Positions 33,249 to 44,651 of a stretch of 64,000 nt of DNA are shown piece by piece. The translations under genes and the position numbers were made by a program. The notes below the pieces were generated by a model that worked only from the letters and a program-made list of their open reading frames with translations, did no database searches and was not told where the DNA came from. Location: the sequence record PZ445517.1; one strand, given 5' to 3'. This DNA comes from a phage. Every line of letters starts with the position of its first letter. The first letter of the stretch is position 1.

Positions 33249-33605
33249 TTAAATATCAAATTCGTTAAGAACTACATCAAAGATTGCTTCAAGATGCTCA
33301 GGTTTAGCTCTGTTACTCAAAATATGACGAATCCAAGTTTTAACCAGAAGCTTACGATTGACGCCATTCCAGCAAGGATGAGTCCCTAAATCACGTTGAC
33401 GAAAATCATCATCTAATGCGATTTTAAAAGAAGAACCTTCTTTCGTGATTGAAACCGTGATGCCATTTTCAAATCGCATATAAACGTAGTTAGGAGTCAT
33501 ATACTGTTCAATTTCGCATTTCGCATACTGATCCATTTTGATGTTTCCAAAGGCAGATAGTATCAATAGAACCTGCAATACCGTTAGAAACATATTTACG
33601 TTCAA
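33249..33605 (-). CDS. hypothetical protein with N-terminal hydrophobic segment
   Basis: 118-aa ORF; N-terminus MNVNMFLTVLQVLLILSAFG suggests signal or membrane anchor. Confidence 0.6.
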   Translation of the reverse strand: MNVNMFLTVLQVLLILSAFGNIKMDQYAKCEIEQYMTPNYVYMRFENGITVSITKEGSSFKIALDDDFRQRDLGTHPCWNGVNRKLLVKTWIRHILSNRAKPEHLEAIFDVVLNEFDI

Positions 33606-33689
33606 AGTTGATGTAGTTCATTTTTATTCTCCGAGATGTTTAATTGCGGTACAGATATATAATATCATATCCTGTACCAAAGTAAACAA

Positions 33690-34022
33690 TTATTTTACTA
33701 CTTTCCAATGCTTCATGTCAAGTTTACCAACTTTTTTCATCTTCTCAATTAAGCGTTCGGCACGTTGGCGAGCTGTAACATAATACCATTCACCTAATTC
33801 ATTTTGTTCAATTTTTCCAACGATTACTGTATTCAATTCATAAATCCAACCAGTAAAGAAATTATGAACTTGGATTGTAAAGGTGAAATCTGTTCCCATA
33901 CCTTCTGTTGTTTCTACTTCAATAATATCACCTTCAACTGCCATTAAGAACCACATAGTTTCATCATATTTACCATTGAAGCATTTAGTTTTAACTGTAG
34001 CGTTCAGATTAATCGTTTTCAT
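33690..34022 (-). CDS. hypothetical protein
   Basis: 110-aa ORF with GGAG ribosome-binding site and early-promoter-like element upstream. Confidence 0.65.
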   Translation of the reverse strand: MKTINLNATVKTKCFNGKYDETMWFLMAVEGDIIEVETTEGMGTDFTFTIQVHNFFTGWIYELNTVIVGKIEQNELGEWYYVTARQRAERLIEKMKKVGKLDMKHWKVVK

Positions 34023-34049
34023 TTTATTCTCCTTTGTTTGTGTAAGATA

Positions 34050-34079
34050 ATACTATCACAAAGGAACCGTACTGTAAAC
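34050..34079 (-). promoter_or_regulatory. early-promoter-like element upstream of the 110-aa ORF
   Basis: Minus strand GTTTAC, 18-nt spacer, TAGTAT, then GGAG and ATG. Confidence 0.4.
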
Positions 34080-34109
34080 AACTTTGTGCAATCTTTGGAA
34101 AATAAAAAA

Positions 34110-34127
34110 GGACTCCCGAAGGAGTCC
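34110..34127 (-). terminator. rho-independent terminator after the small basic ORF
   Basis: GGACTCC-cgaa-GGAGTCC 5 nt after the stop, followed on the minus strand by a T-run. Confidence 0.6.
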
Positions 34128-34132
34128 TCAAC

Positions 34133-34309
34133 TTATGCTTTCTGCTTACCAAAACGAGAAGCATCATCTCGAAGAACCGCACGTGCTCGGCGCATGATCT
34201 TCTCAACAGTTTGATTGATACGAGAGTTCGACCCACGCTTGTAACCAGCGCGTTTAGAATCACCAACTTTCTTTTCAACTGCTTTCTTTGCTTTAGCTTG
34301 TTTTGCCAT
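34133..34309 (-). CDS. hypothetical small basic protein
   Basis: ORF-track ORF 34133..34351 trimmed to internal Met (MAKQAKAKKAVEKK...); K/R rich; terminator hairpin immediately downstream. Confidence 0.55.
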   Translation of the reverse strand: MAKQAKAKKAVEKKVGDSKRAGYKRGSNSRINQTVEKIMRRARAVLRDDASRFGKQKA

Positions 34310-34596
34310 TATAAATTCTCTTTTAAATGAAAATGCAGGACTTATTGGCATTGCCTGCGCAAGCCCTCAAGGGGAACATAGGTTTTGAATATTTACCGAC
34401 AGGATAACCATAAACCTCGTCAACATACCACCAAGACTTACACAGATAACACTTTTCTGACGCATGATAGTAACATTCAAGAGGTACACCATAAAACTGC
34501 CGGGGTCTTAAAACTATAATGATTCGCAAATCATTAATCAGACAGTTCGATGGCTCCTCGATTTAGCTCACACTAAGGCAGTGAATCTCCAATAAA

Positions 34597-34845
34597 TTAC
34601 TTCAGTGTTACCACAAAGTGACGAACTGCTTTTCGTGCAGCAGAAGCCAAAGGCTTAGCATATTTAAGTTCATCTTTTTCCTGAAGCTCAGCAGCTAATG
34701 CAGTTTGAGCAGGATTCAGATGTTTGAAATAACGCAGGATTTCAAGAGCTTCGGCTTCAACATCAATAGATGCGCCATAGTTTTCGTGACCATTATTCCA
34801 TGCGTTTCGTTGCAGTTCAAGAGCGTGTTGTAATTGTTTAATCAT
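34597..34845 (-). CDS. rIII: rIII lysis-inhibition accessory protein
   Basis: 82-aa ORF, same length as T4 rIII, located just downstream of gene 31. Confidence 0.85.
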   Translation of the reverse strand: MIKQLQHALELQRNAWNNGHENYGASIDVEAEALEILRYFKHLNPAQTALAAELQEKDELKYAKPLASAARKAVRHFVVTLK

Positions 34846-34992
34846 TTAAAAATTCTCGTTAGAGATTAAAACTCGGTAGTCACGTTCTTCTGAATTTCAT
34901 CTTCTTTCGACAGATCTCTCAGTTGTAGACTACCACATAGAATTGTTCGGTTAACTTATTATTCCGACATCCAATTCATATTATTATTTATA

Positions 34993-35328
34993 TCACTTAT
35001 AAAGACACGGAATAGCTTTATAGTGACAGGTAACGAATTTTTGTTTAATTTCTTTTGGCTGCTTAAGACCCAGAGCTACAAAAGGATGCGGAACATTTCG
35101 AATTTGACCAACTGGAAGAGAAGTCAAATCACCAACTTCGCAGAAACCTTCAGGAACATCAGGACCGACAGAGTGAACTACACACAGTTCAGGAACTTCA
35201 CCTTGGACACGTTTACCGATAATAAGTCCTGATTCTGTAACTTCTTCATCACCCGCCTGTGCGGGTTCAGAAACTAAAATAACATATTCACCGACAGCAC
35301 GAATTGGTAGCTGTTGTACTTCAGACAT
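34993..35328 (-). CDS. 31: co-chaperonin gp31 (GroES analogue for capsid folding)
   Basis: 111-aa ORF, same length as T4 gp31; synteny between cd region and rIII. Confidence 0.9.
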
Positions 35329-35384
35329 TGTTTTTCCTTTTTGTTAACAGATGAATTAATAATAACAAATAATTCTTAAAGCAT

Positions 35385-35693
35385 TTATTTACCAATAAAT
35401 TGAAGCAAATGCTCAACTTTCATACCATTAACGGAAATCAATTTGTCAATAGAAAAACCTCGCCATGCACCAAGCTCAACATCAAATACTGGAATCATAT
35501 CAGTAGATTCTTTCCGAGTAGATTCAGTTAATTTACCAGTTTGCATGGTTGGCATAAAGTCTGCGTCACGAGTACCTTTCATAGTACGAATAGTACCATC
35601 AGACTTTTCAAAAACTACGTTTGAAACACCCATGGACAATTTAGTTTTCAAAATTTCACGAATTGCTACTTTCTGCTCAGTTGTCAGTTTCAT
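35385..35693 (-). CDS. hypothetical protein (position of T4 31.1)
   Basis: 102-aa ORF; synteny. Confidence 0.65.
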   Translation of the reverse strand: MKLTTEQKVAIREILKTKLSMGVSNVVFEKSDGTIRTMKGTRDADFMPTMQTGKLTESTRKESTDMIPVFDVELGAWRGFSIDKLISVNGMKVEHLLQFIGK

Positions 35694-35930
35694 TTATTTA
35701 CCTATCACAGTTTTAATATGAGTTGTTCCACGTTCTTTAAGGGTGGAAAGTAATTTTTGGCATTTTTCTAAATCAGATTTCCAACTATATGGTCTATCAA
35801 TACTAGTCCAATCAGTTTTATAATACTGTTTCCATTTAGAGAAAAAATATTTCTTATACTCTACAGCAAATGAGATGTTCTCATTAGAATAAGAACTAAT
35901 TGCTGTGAGCTTTACCAAACGAAATTTCAT
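35694..35930 (-). CDS. hypothetical protein (position of T4 31.2)
   Basis: 78-aa ORF coupled to cd. Confidence 0.6.
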   Translation of the reverse strand: MKFRLVKLTAISSYSNENISFAVEYKKYFFSKWKQYYKTDWTSIDRPYSWKSDLEKCQKLLSTLKERGTTHIKTVIGK

Positions 35931-36511
35931 TATTCACCACAGAATTCGTTGATATTTTCCCAGTTTAACTTATTCAAGTTTTTCTTAGGAACATTAAACA
36001 CTTCAATACCTGCATTTCGCAGAATATCATCCCAGCCAGGTTTATTTTTATCGTATGTTTCGCAATAAACCAGCTTTTTAATACCAGATTGAGCTATCGC
36101 TTTTGCACAATCTGGACAAGGAGAAAGTGTTACATACATAGTAGCACCTTCAATAGAAGAACCATTTCGTGCAGCAAACAAAATTGCATTTAGTTCAGCA
36201 TGAATTTCATTTTTAGACGACCATTCAGAGTGAGCGCTGCGATGTTCTTTCGCCAAGACAAAACGATCAGTTGAACAAAATGATACGCATTCAGGCTTAT
36301 GGCCTTGAATGATAGTGTGTTTAGGCTTATTCAACAACCAACCTTGCTCAGCGGCATAATCACAACAGTTCACACCACCAGCAGGTGAACCATTATATCC
36401 GGTAGAAATAATACGTCCATTCTTTTCAATTACTGCTCCTACCTTCCAGGAGCAGCATTTTGATTCTTGTGATACTAAATATGCAATTTGAAGTACTGTA
36501 CTCGCTTTCAT
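35930..36511 (-). CDS. cd: dCMP deaminase
   Basis: 193-aa ORF with zinc-dependent deaminase motifs (HAELNAI, SPCPDCAKAI). Confidence 0.93.
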   Translation of the reverse strand: MKASTVLQIAYLVSQESKCCSWKVGAVIEKNGRIISTGYNGSPAGGVNCCDYAAEQGWLLNKPKHTIIQGHKPECVSFCSTDRFVLAKEHRSAHSEWSSKNEIHAELNAILFAARNGSSIEGATMYVTLSPCPDCAKAIAQSGIKKLVYCETYDKNKPGWDDILRNAGIEVFNVPKKNLNKLNWENINEFCGE

Positions 36512-36846
36512 TTCATAATCACCAGATAAGCAGATTTAGCAGTTTCAACACGATAAATTTCATGACGAAGTTTAGTTATACTTTTAATAACAGAACTAAT
36601 TATATTCTGCCCATCTTTAAAGCGGTTTTTCTTATCAATAAAAATTGCGCCAGCCATCTTTTTGTGAAGCTCAACTGGATACTTCGTCACAATAATAGCA
36701 TCATACACAGAAGGATGAATACTGTTCACCAGAGTATCATTCATTAAAGTTATTCTAATGAACTGTGCTGTTTCAGAATCAAGCGCTCTATGATCGCCAG
36801 TATCATTTTCAAGACAATTATCAATTATATCAGTTAAATTCATCAT
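36508..36846 (-). CDS. hypothetical protein (cd-downstream cluster)
   Basis: 112-aa ORF, coupled. Confidence 0.6.
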   Translation of the reverse strand: MMNLTDIIDNCLENDTGDHRALDSETAQFIRITLMNDTLVNSIHPSVYDAIIVTKYPVELHKKMAGAIFIDKKNRFKDGQNIISSVIKSITKLRHEIYRVETAKSAYLVIMK

Positions 36847-37079
36847 AGTACGCCATACACCCTTTGTGCTTCAACTAATCCATCAAAATCCAATTTGAGA
36901 TGTGTTATTTGGTCACCATCACCTGGATTCACAATTACTAATACTGAACGAGGAGTCTCGGTAATAACACGAACCGATGTTTCAGGAAATCGTTCAGAAA
37001 CCTTATTTACCAATTCTTGAGCAAATAGTTTAACTTTTTCTTGGAATTCTTTAACAGTAATTGGTTTTTCGCTTAGCAT
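36843..37079 (-). CDS. hypothetical protein (cd-downstream cluster)
   Basis: 78-aa ORF, coupled. Confidence 0.6.
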   Translation of the reverse strand: MLSEKPITVKEFQEKVKLFAQELVNKVSERFPETSVRVITETPRSVLVIVNPGDGDQITHLKLDFDGLVEAQRVYGVL

Positions 37080-37600
37080 GTTGATCCCAGCTCCTTACTT
37101 TCAACGTTTTTAACTAATTTGACAGAAACTAATTCGGCATCTTGGGTAATCATTACCGGGCCTTCTTCATACTCTTCAAGATATTCTAGAGCTTTCTTTT
37201 TAGCTTCTTCCTTCGTATCAGTTTGAGCATAGATATAGAACATACAACCAGTAATACCTACTACTTTCCACTTAATTTCTTTATCAGCTTTAATTTCAAA
37301 TTTACTGACAGAATCATCTTTTTGAACTTCTTCGAAAAAAGAATATTCTAACATATAAGCAATTGAAAATAACGGGCTAACTTTATAGGATTCGCCCATT
37401 ACATCAACAGCTTTATACCAGCAATCGTCAATTTCGCGTTTAATGCTAATAACATTTTTCGCAGGATCTATTTTTACTTTAAATGAATTTTCCCCAATAA
37501 ACTGGGCAATTCGTTTATTAGCCCCACAAGTTTCATTAAAAATATCTTTATATCCAGCTTTAAAGCGATAAACCTTACCTTCTTCAAACCATTCGCTCAT
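37073..37600 (-). CDS. hypothetical protein (cd-downstream cluster)
   Basis: 175-aa ORF with GAGG ribosome-binding site and early-promoter-like element upstream. Confidence 0.65.
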   Translation of the reverse strand: MSEWFEEGKVYRFKAGYKDIFNETCGANKRIAQFIGENSFKVKIDPAKNVISIKREIDDCWYKAVDVMGESYKVSPLFSIAYMLEYSFFEEVQKDDSVSKFEIKADKEIKWKVVGITGCMFYIYAQTDTKEEAKKKALEYLEEYEEGPVMITQDAELVSVKLVKNVESKELGSTC

Positions 37601-37630
37601 TTCAATTTCCTCATTTGTTTTGGTAGAGCT

Positions 37631-37660
37631 ATAATATCACAACTCTACCGTAAAGTAAAC
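37631..37660 (-). promoter_or_regulatory. early-promoter-like element upstream of the 175-aa ORF
   Basis: Minus strand GTTTAC, 18-nt spacer, TATTAT, then GAGG and ATG. Confidence 0.4.
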
Positions 37661-37662
37661 TA

Positions 37663-37938
37663 TTAAATTGCTTTGAATTCTGATGTCTGTGATTCAAAAC
37701 GAATATCGCCTTTGATAACTAACTCAGCATCAAGACCAAATACGACAATGATATGCGCAGAACCTGAATACAGCGTAATGGCGATAGAATCCACCTGGTC
37801 TGGAAGCAAAGTGTTCAATACATGAGTCACTTGAGCATGAATTCGAAGCTCAGCTGCGTTATCAAGCTTTTCAAACATATTATTAGCGATAATTTGGCTA
37901 AACACTACTTCTACGATTTTAGAATAAGTCGGAAACAT
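37663..37938 (-). CDS. hypothetical protein
   Basis: 91-aa ORF. Confidence 0.55.
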   Translation of the reverse strand: MFPTYSKIVEVVFSQIIANNMFEKLDNAAELRIHAQVTHVLNTLLPDQVDSIAITLYSGSAHIIVVFGLDAELVIKGDIRFESQTSEFKAI

Positions 37939-37940
37939 AT

Positions 37941-38141
37941 TTACCTCACATAATTTTCTTCAAGCCAATCAATAACATCCAACGCATTATCAAAAGTTGA
38001 ACCATCTACTTTGTCTTCTGTTTCATAATCAAGAACATCTAAACCTACTCTTCCATCAACAATAGGCCATAAACAAAATAGATATTTCTTTTCTTTTTCA
38101 ATCTTATCACAAAGACGATAAATCTTTTCTATGTTATTCAT
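37941..38141 (-). CDS. hypothetical small protein
   Basis: 66-aa ORF. Confidence 0.5.
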   Translation of the reverse strand: MNNIEKIYRLCDKIEKEKKYLFCLWPIVDGRVGLDVLDYETEDKVDGSTFDNALDVIDWLEENYVR

Positions 38142-38330
38142 AAGTTTTCCATGGTAAAGGCAGTTTAGTTTTCTTTACTGTTAGTTCAGCATCAGGATTC
38201 TTTTCTCTTAATTTAAGGCATTCCTCCCAAGCTCTGATTTCACTAGTGAATATACAAAATTGCCCATTACTAGTACCAACTAAACCACTATTTACAATAA
38301 CAATAGCCCAAGTTTCATGATGCCAAGCCA

Positions 38331-38331
<1 letters not shown>
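38134..38331 (-). CDS. hypothetical small protein
   Basis: 65-aa ORF coupled to pseT. Confidence 0.5.
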
Positions 38332-39552
<1,221 letters not shown>

Positions 39553-39556
<4 letters not shown>

Positions 39557-39783
39557 TTATTTTTCTCAACCAATGATTGAATATAATCATGCAGGTCTTT
39601 AGATGCTTTGCCCCACTTATTTTGATATTCATTTTTGAGATTAGCACGTGATTGAGCTAATAAAACATCATTAGTTGGAGGTAAAGATTCTAATCGTTGA
39701 ATCTGGCGTCCATAAATCATTGCAGCCATCTCAGATTCATAAATCAATCCTTTGAGATGTTCAAATTGATGCCATGAAATCAT
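39553..39783 (-). CDS. hypothetical small protein
   Basis: 76-aa ORF. Confidence 0.55.
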
Positions 39784-40079
39784 TTACATTTATCCTCTTT
39801 TAGCTCTTGACGATAATAACATATCATAGTTTTTTGGTCATGTACATATCGTTTTACATCATTAAGCCAAATGCGAAATTCCTGGGAATCTTCAAATGGC
39901 ATACCGACCCAAGCTTTGCCATCAATAACTTTAACTTGCCAAGATAGTTTAGCTTCGTCATATGACTTTATTTGCACAGGCCAATTAGGATGAACTGTTT
40001 CTTTCTTTACTTCTAGAGGCTTTGTCGAACAACCAACTAGAAGACCAATAGATAATATTACTGCTGATAGTTTAATCAT
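39780..40079 (-). CDS. outer-membrane spanin (lipoprotein, Rz1 equivalent)
   Basis: 99-aa ORF; signal peptide with lipobox (MIKLSAVILSIGLLVGCS); directly downstream of and overlapping an Rz-like ORF. Confidence 0.75.
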   Translation of the reverse strand: MIKLSAVILSIGLLVGCSTKPLEVKKETVHPNWPVQIKSYDEAKLSWQVKVIDGKAWVGMPFEDSQEFRIWLNDVKRYVHDQKTMICYYRQELKEDKCK

Positions 40080-40429
40080 TTAGAAAGGTCCTGGATGTCT
40101 TCTGCGAACTTGTTGAAGGAGTTGTTGATTTGTTTTTCAACCAATCCTGGCTTATGAGCCACCACATCCGCCTTCTTTGCATCTTTGCGCAGTTTTTCAT
40201 TTTCACGCTCAATAGCAGCAATTGCCTCACGATTTTTATTATTCATCGCATCAATATAATTATACTGAATTCGCAAATTATCTAATGCTAAAGCGTTTTC
40301 ATTGGCCGTTTTTGTAATTTCAGTAACCGATGTTTCTAATCTTTCTACCTTATTTTTTAAAATAATAGATGTTCCGCCAAATGCTATTACAAGTAATAGC
40401 AATCCAGCTGTAAAATTACTTACATGCAT
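40076..40429 (-). CDS. inner-membrane spanin (Rz equivalent)
   Basis: 117-aa ORF; N-terminal TM segment (AGLLLLVIAFGGTSIIL) followed by coiled-coil-like periplasmic domain. Confidence 0.75.
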   Translation of the reverse strand: MHVSNFTAGLLLLVIAFGGTSIILKNKVERLETSVTEITKTANENALALDNLRIQYNYIDAMNNKNREAIAAIERENEKLRKDAKKADVVAHKPGLVEKQINNSFNKFAEDIQDLSK

Positions 40430-40923
40430 AAAGTTTTAATAACCTCTACAATATCGTCTTGAGAAAGACCGTTAATTAAAATATGATGTTCAGCTGGAGA
40501 TTTAGAAATTTTAAAGCATGCCTCAACATCTTCTGCCATATCTGATGCACTACGATTTGGATTACTAATTCCAAGACGATGTTTTCCCGTCAAAGGATTA
40601 ACGATGATGTAGCATTTACAGCTATTAATGTGAACATTAGGTTGAGTCTGATTAATGAATACTTCACAATCGTATTTCGCAAGCTGATTTTCTAAAAAGA
40701 CTTTCATCTCCTCAACCGCATCAGGAAGCATATCACGGGCTTGCTCAAGACGACGATTTCGATATTCTTTAATGGTCGTTTTCCGCTTGACTTGCTTAGC
40801 TAAATCTTTCTTAAGATCGGTGATATATCCAACTCGACGATTTCCTTTAAATACAGAAATCCCATCTGTAGTATCACCGTATGCTTCAACGACCATTTCA
40901 GTAGTAATAAGCTGTAAATCCAT
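40420..40923 (-). CDS. alc: Alc, inhibitor of host transcription on cytosine DNA
   Basis: About 167 aa from the second Met; position between spanins and rnlA; early-promoter-like element upstream. Confidence 0.8.
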   Translation of the reverse strand: MDLQLITTEMVVEAYGDTTDGISVFKGNRRVGYITDLKKDLAKQVKRKTTIKEYRNRRLEQARDMLPDAVEEMKVFLENQLAKYDCEVFINQTQPNVHINSCKCYIIVNPLTGKHRLGISNPNRSASDMAEDVEACFKISKSPAEHHILINGLSQDDIVEVIKTLCM

Positions 40924-40929
40924 CATAAA

Positions 40930-40976
40930 GTCCTCATGTTATGTCAGTAAGTCTACTATAACACAACATGAGGGAC
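40930..40976. repeat. inverted-repeat unit (GTCCTCATGTT ... AACATGAGGGAC), copy 2
   Basis: Same internal sequence atgtcagtaag(a/t)ctactataacac as copy 1. Confidence 0.7.
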
Positions 40977-40984
40977 TTGTAAAC
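40955..40984 (-). promoter_or_regulatory. early-promoter-like element upstream of alc
   Basis: Minus strand reads GTTTAC aagtccctcatgttgtg TTATAGT; second copy of the 25084..25113 element. Confidence 0.5.
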
Positions 40985-40987
40985 AGC

Positions 40988-42575
<1,588 letters not shown>

Positions 42576-42583
42576 AATAAAAT

Positions 42584-42597
42584 GGGCCTTGCGGCCC
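42584..42597 (-). terminator. hairpin between nrdB and denA (GGGCC-ttgc-GGCCC)
   Basis: GC stem in the 27-nt nrdB-denA spacer. Confidence 0.4.
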
Positions 42598-42602
42598 ACT
42601 CC

Positions 42603-43781
42603 TTAAAAATATTTTTTAAAACTCATCATAACTTTATCATCAACATCATTATCAATCTGTGCTACAAGGTAAGATGACAGTTCTACTTCTTGCGGCGCGG
42701 ATTGAACATTATCAGAATTAAGGTATTCACGAATCCAAGGATATGGATGTTTAACCGGAGCATCGGTAATTGGGCATGGAAGACCGCACTGTTTCATACG
42801 AGATACAGTTAAGTAATCAATAAAGCTCCACATGCTATTTGTATTTAATCCAGGAACATCACCATCTTTAAATAAATGAACTGCCCAATCTTTTTCTTGG
42901 CGGTTAACTTCCATGAAAATATCAACTGCTTCTTGTTCACACTCTTGGGCAATTTTAACCCATTCATCACCATCAATGCCAAGTTGAAGTTGACGAATAA
43001 TATATTGTGTACCTTTAAGATGAAGTTGCTCATCACGCGCAATGAACTTCATAATCTTGGCATTACCTTCCATAATTTCCATGTTCTTATGGAAGTTAAA
43101 GGTACAGGCGAAAGATACGTAAAAACGAATAGCTTCCAATGCATTGATTACATGAAGGCAAAGATAAAGAGATTTCATTAGTGCTCGTTTAGCTTCGGCT
43201 TCTTGTTTAATAGCTCGATTTAAACGAAAATCAGCATCAGGAGATTCTTTAGCTAGTTCTACAAATTCTTTAGCATTTTCCCATTCACGGGTCTTCTTAA
43301 GAACATCATCGTAATAGCGACCAATGGACTCAGCGCGTTTCATAATATCTTCATCTAATACAATCTCATCAAATACCTTTGACGGATCAGTATAAAGATT
43401 TCGCATGATATGGGTATATGAACGGCTGTGAATAGTTTCACTAAAAGTCCATGTAGCAACCCATGTATCAAGACTTGGGTCTGAAATTAACGACATAAGT
43501 ACAGCAGACGGTGCACGACCCTGAATGCTATCTAGAAGTGATTGATACTTCAGGTTATTAGTAAAAATATCTTGCTGATACTGAGGAAGCTTGTTAAATT
43601 GTGCAGCATCCATCATTAAGTTTACTTCTTCAGGACGCCAGAAAAATGATAATTGCTTTTCGGTTAAATCTTCAAAAACTTTATGGCGTTGAATATCATA
43701 ACGCGCAATACCAAGACCTGAACCGAAGAACATAGGTTCTTTTAAAACATCAACTGGATTTGTATTAAAAACTGTAGACAT
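42603..43781 (-). CDS. nrdB: aerobic ribonucleotide reductase small subunit (R2), uninterrupted
   Basis: 392-aa continuous ORF with di-iron/tyrosyl radical R2 features; no intron interruption. Confidence 0.92.
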   Translation of the reverse strand: MSTVFNTNPVDVLKEPMFFGSGLGIARYDIQRHKVFEDLTEKQLSFFWRPEEVNLMMDAAQFNKLPQYQQDIFTNNLKYQSLLDSIQGRAPSAVLMSLISDPSLDTWVATWTFSETIHSRSYTHIMRNLYTDPSKVFDEIVLDEDIMKRAESIGRYYDDVLKKTREWENAKEFVELAKESPDADFRLNRAIKQEAEAKRALMKSLYLCLHVINALEAIRFYVSFACTFNFHKNMEIMEGNAKIMKFIARDEQLHLKGTQYIIRQLQLGIDGDEWVKIAQECEQEAVDIFMEVNRQEKDWAVHLFKDGDVPGLNTNSMWSFIDYLTVSRMKQCGLPCPITDAPVKHPYPWIREYLNSDNVQSAPQEVELSSYLVAQIDNDVDDKVMMSFKKYF

Positions 43782-43816
43782 ATTATTCTCGCTTATTATA
43801 GGTTTAAATTATTTAA

Positions 43817-44608
43817 TCACATATTGTGTATAAGCACTTCAGTCTGAAATGATGCACCTTTCTTTTGCTTCCTATACATGGTTTCAAAATATTCAATTTT
43901 GAAATTATTAGAAAGGGCCCAATCTTTTAAAATATAATTATTAATATCGTCTGATAGATTATTAGTGATAATAAATTTAGACTTCGATTGTTTAATTTTG
44001 TCTAATAATTCTAATTCATCCTTTTCTTCCCAGCCTGAATATTTAAATTTAGTAGAAAGATACGGCGGGTCAATGAATAAATTTTTGTTTTCAAAATCCA
44101 AATCTCTGAATGATTTATTACTAAATGTAAATCTGTGCTGTCTATTTTTAAATTCAGAAAATTTATCCTGTTGAGACTTATTAAAAGAAGTTCTGGAATA
44201 CTTGGCTCTATTGGCGAAAGCCGCGTTATAATTCCCATTACTAGAAAATCGGATTAACGAACTGAATGAAAATAAATGTAGAACATAAAGATATAGTCCG
44301 TTTTTGGTTTTATCGTATTCTTTTGACAGATTATAAAAAGGTGCTGAATCTTTGTCATTCAAATTAAAGTCTTCAATAATTTGAACTATATCATTAATTG
44401 AAGATGATTTCATCTTGTTATACATATCTATAAGAGGAGTATTAATATCATTACATATAACATCTCTCTGACAATTCATAGAAAATCCAAGACCACCACA
44501 AAAAGCGTCCAAAACAGGCTTATCGTCAAAGCGGTTTGAAAATTGTCTAATAAATGGCATATACTTATGTTTTGCACCTGGATATGTTATGGCAGGTAGG
44601 TCTTTCAT
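43817..44608 (-). CDS. Dam-family N6-adenine DNA methyltransferase-like protein
   Basis: 263-aa ORF; AdoMet motif (DAFCGGLGFSMN), DPPY catalytic motif (FIDPPYLST), N-terminal YPGAK and DINTPLIDMYN segments parallel to E. coli Dam; own ribosome-binding site and hairpin upstream. Confidence 0.8.
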   Translation of the reverse strand: MKDLPAITYPGAKHKYMPFIRQFSNRFDDKPVLDAFCGGLGFSMNCQRDVICNDINTPLIDMYNKMKSSSINDIVQIIEDFNLNDKDSAPFYNLSKEYDKTKNGLYLYVLHLFSFSSLIRFSSNGNYNAAFANRAKYSRTSFNKSQQDKFSEFKNRQHRFTFSNKSFRDLDFENKNLFIDPPYLSTKFKYSGWEEKDELELLDKIKQSKSKFIITNNLSDDINNYILKDWALSNNFKIEYFETMYRKQKKGASFQTEVLIHNM

Positions 44609-44626
44609 TTTATTTCTCGTTGTTAG

Positions 44627-44644
44627 TGACTCGTCCGTGAGTCA
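44627..44644 (-). terminator. hairpin between nrdA and the methyltransferase gene (TGACTC-gtccgt-GAGTCA)
   Basis: 6-bp stem 7 nt after the nrdA stop. Confidence 0.4.
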
Positions 44645-44651
44645 AATTATA

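Noticed and set aside
34323-34529. 68-aa minus-strand ORF between rIII and the small basic ORF
   Set aside because: Begins at a non-ATG codon with no Shine-Dalgarno sequence; more likely non-coding regulatory sequence.
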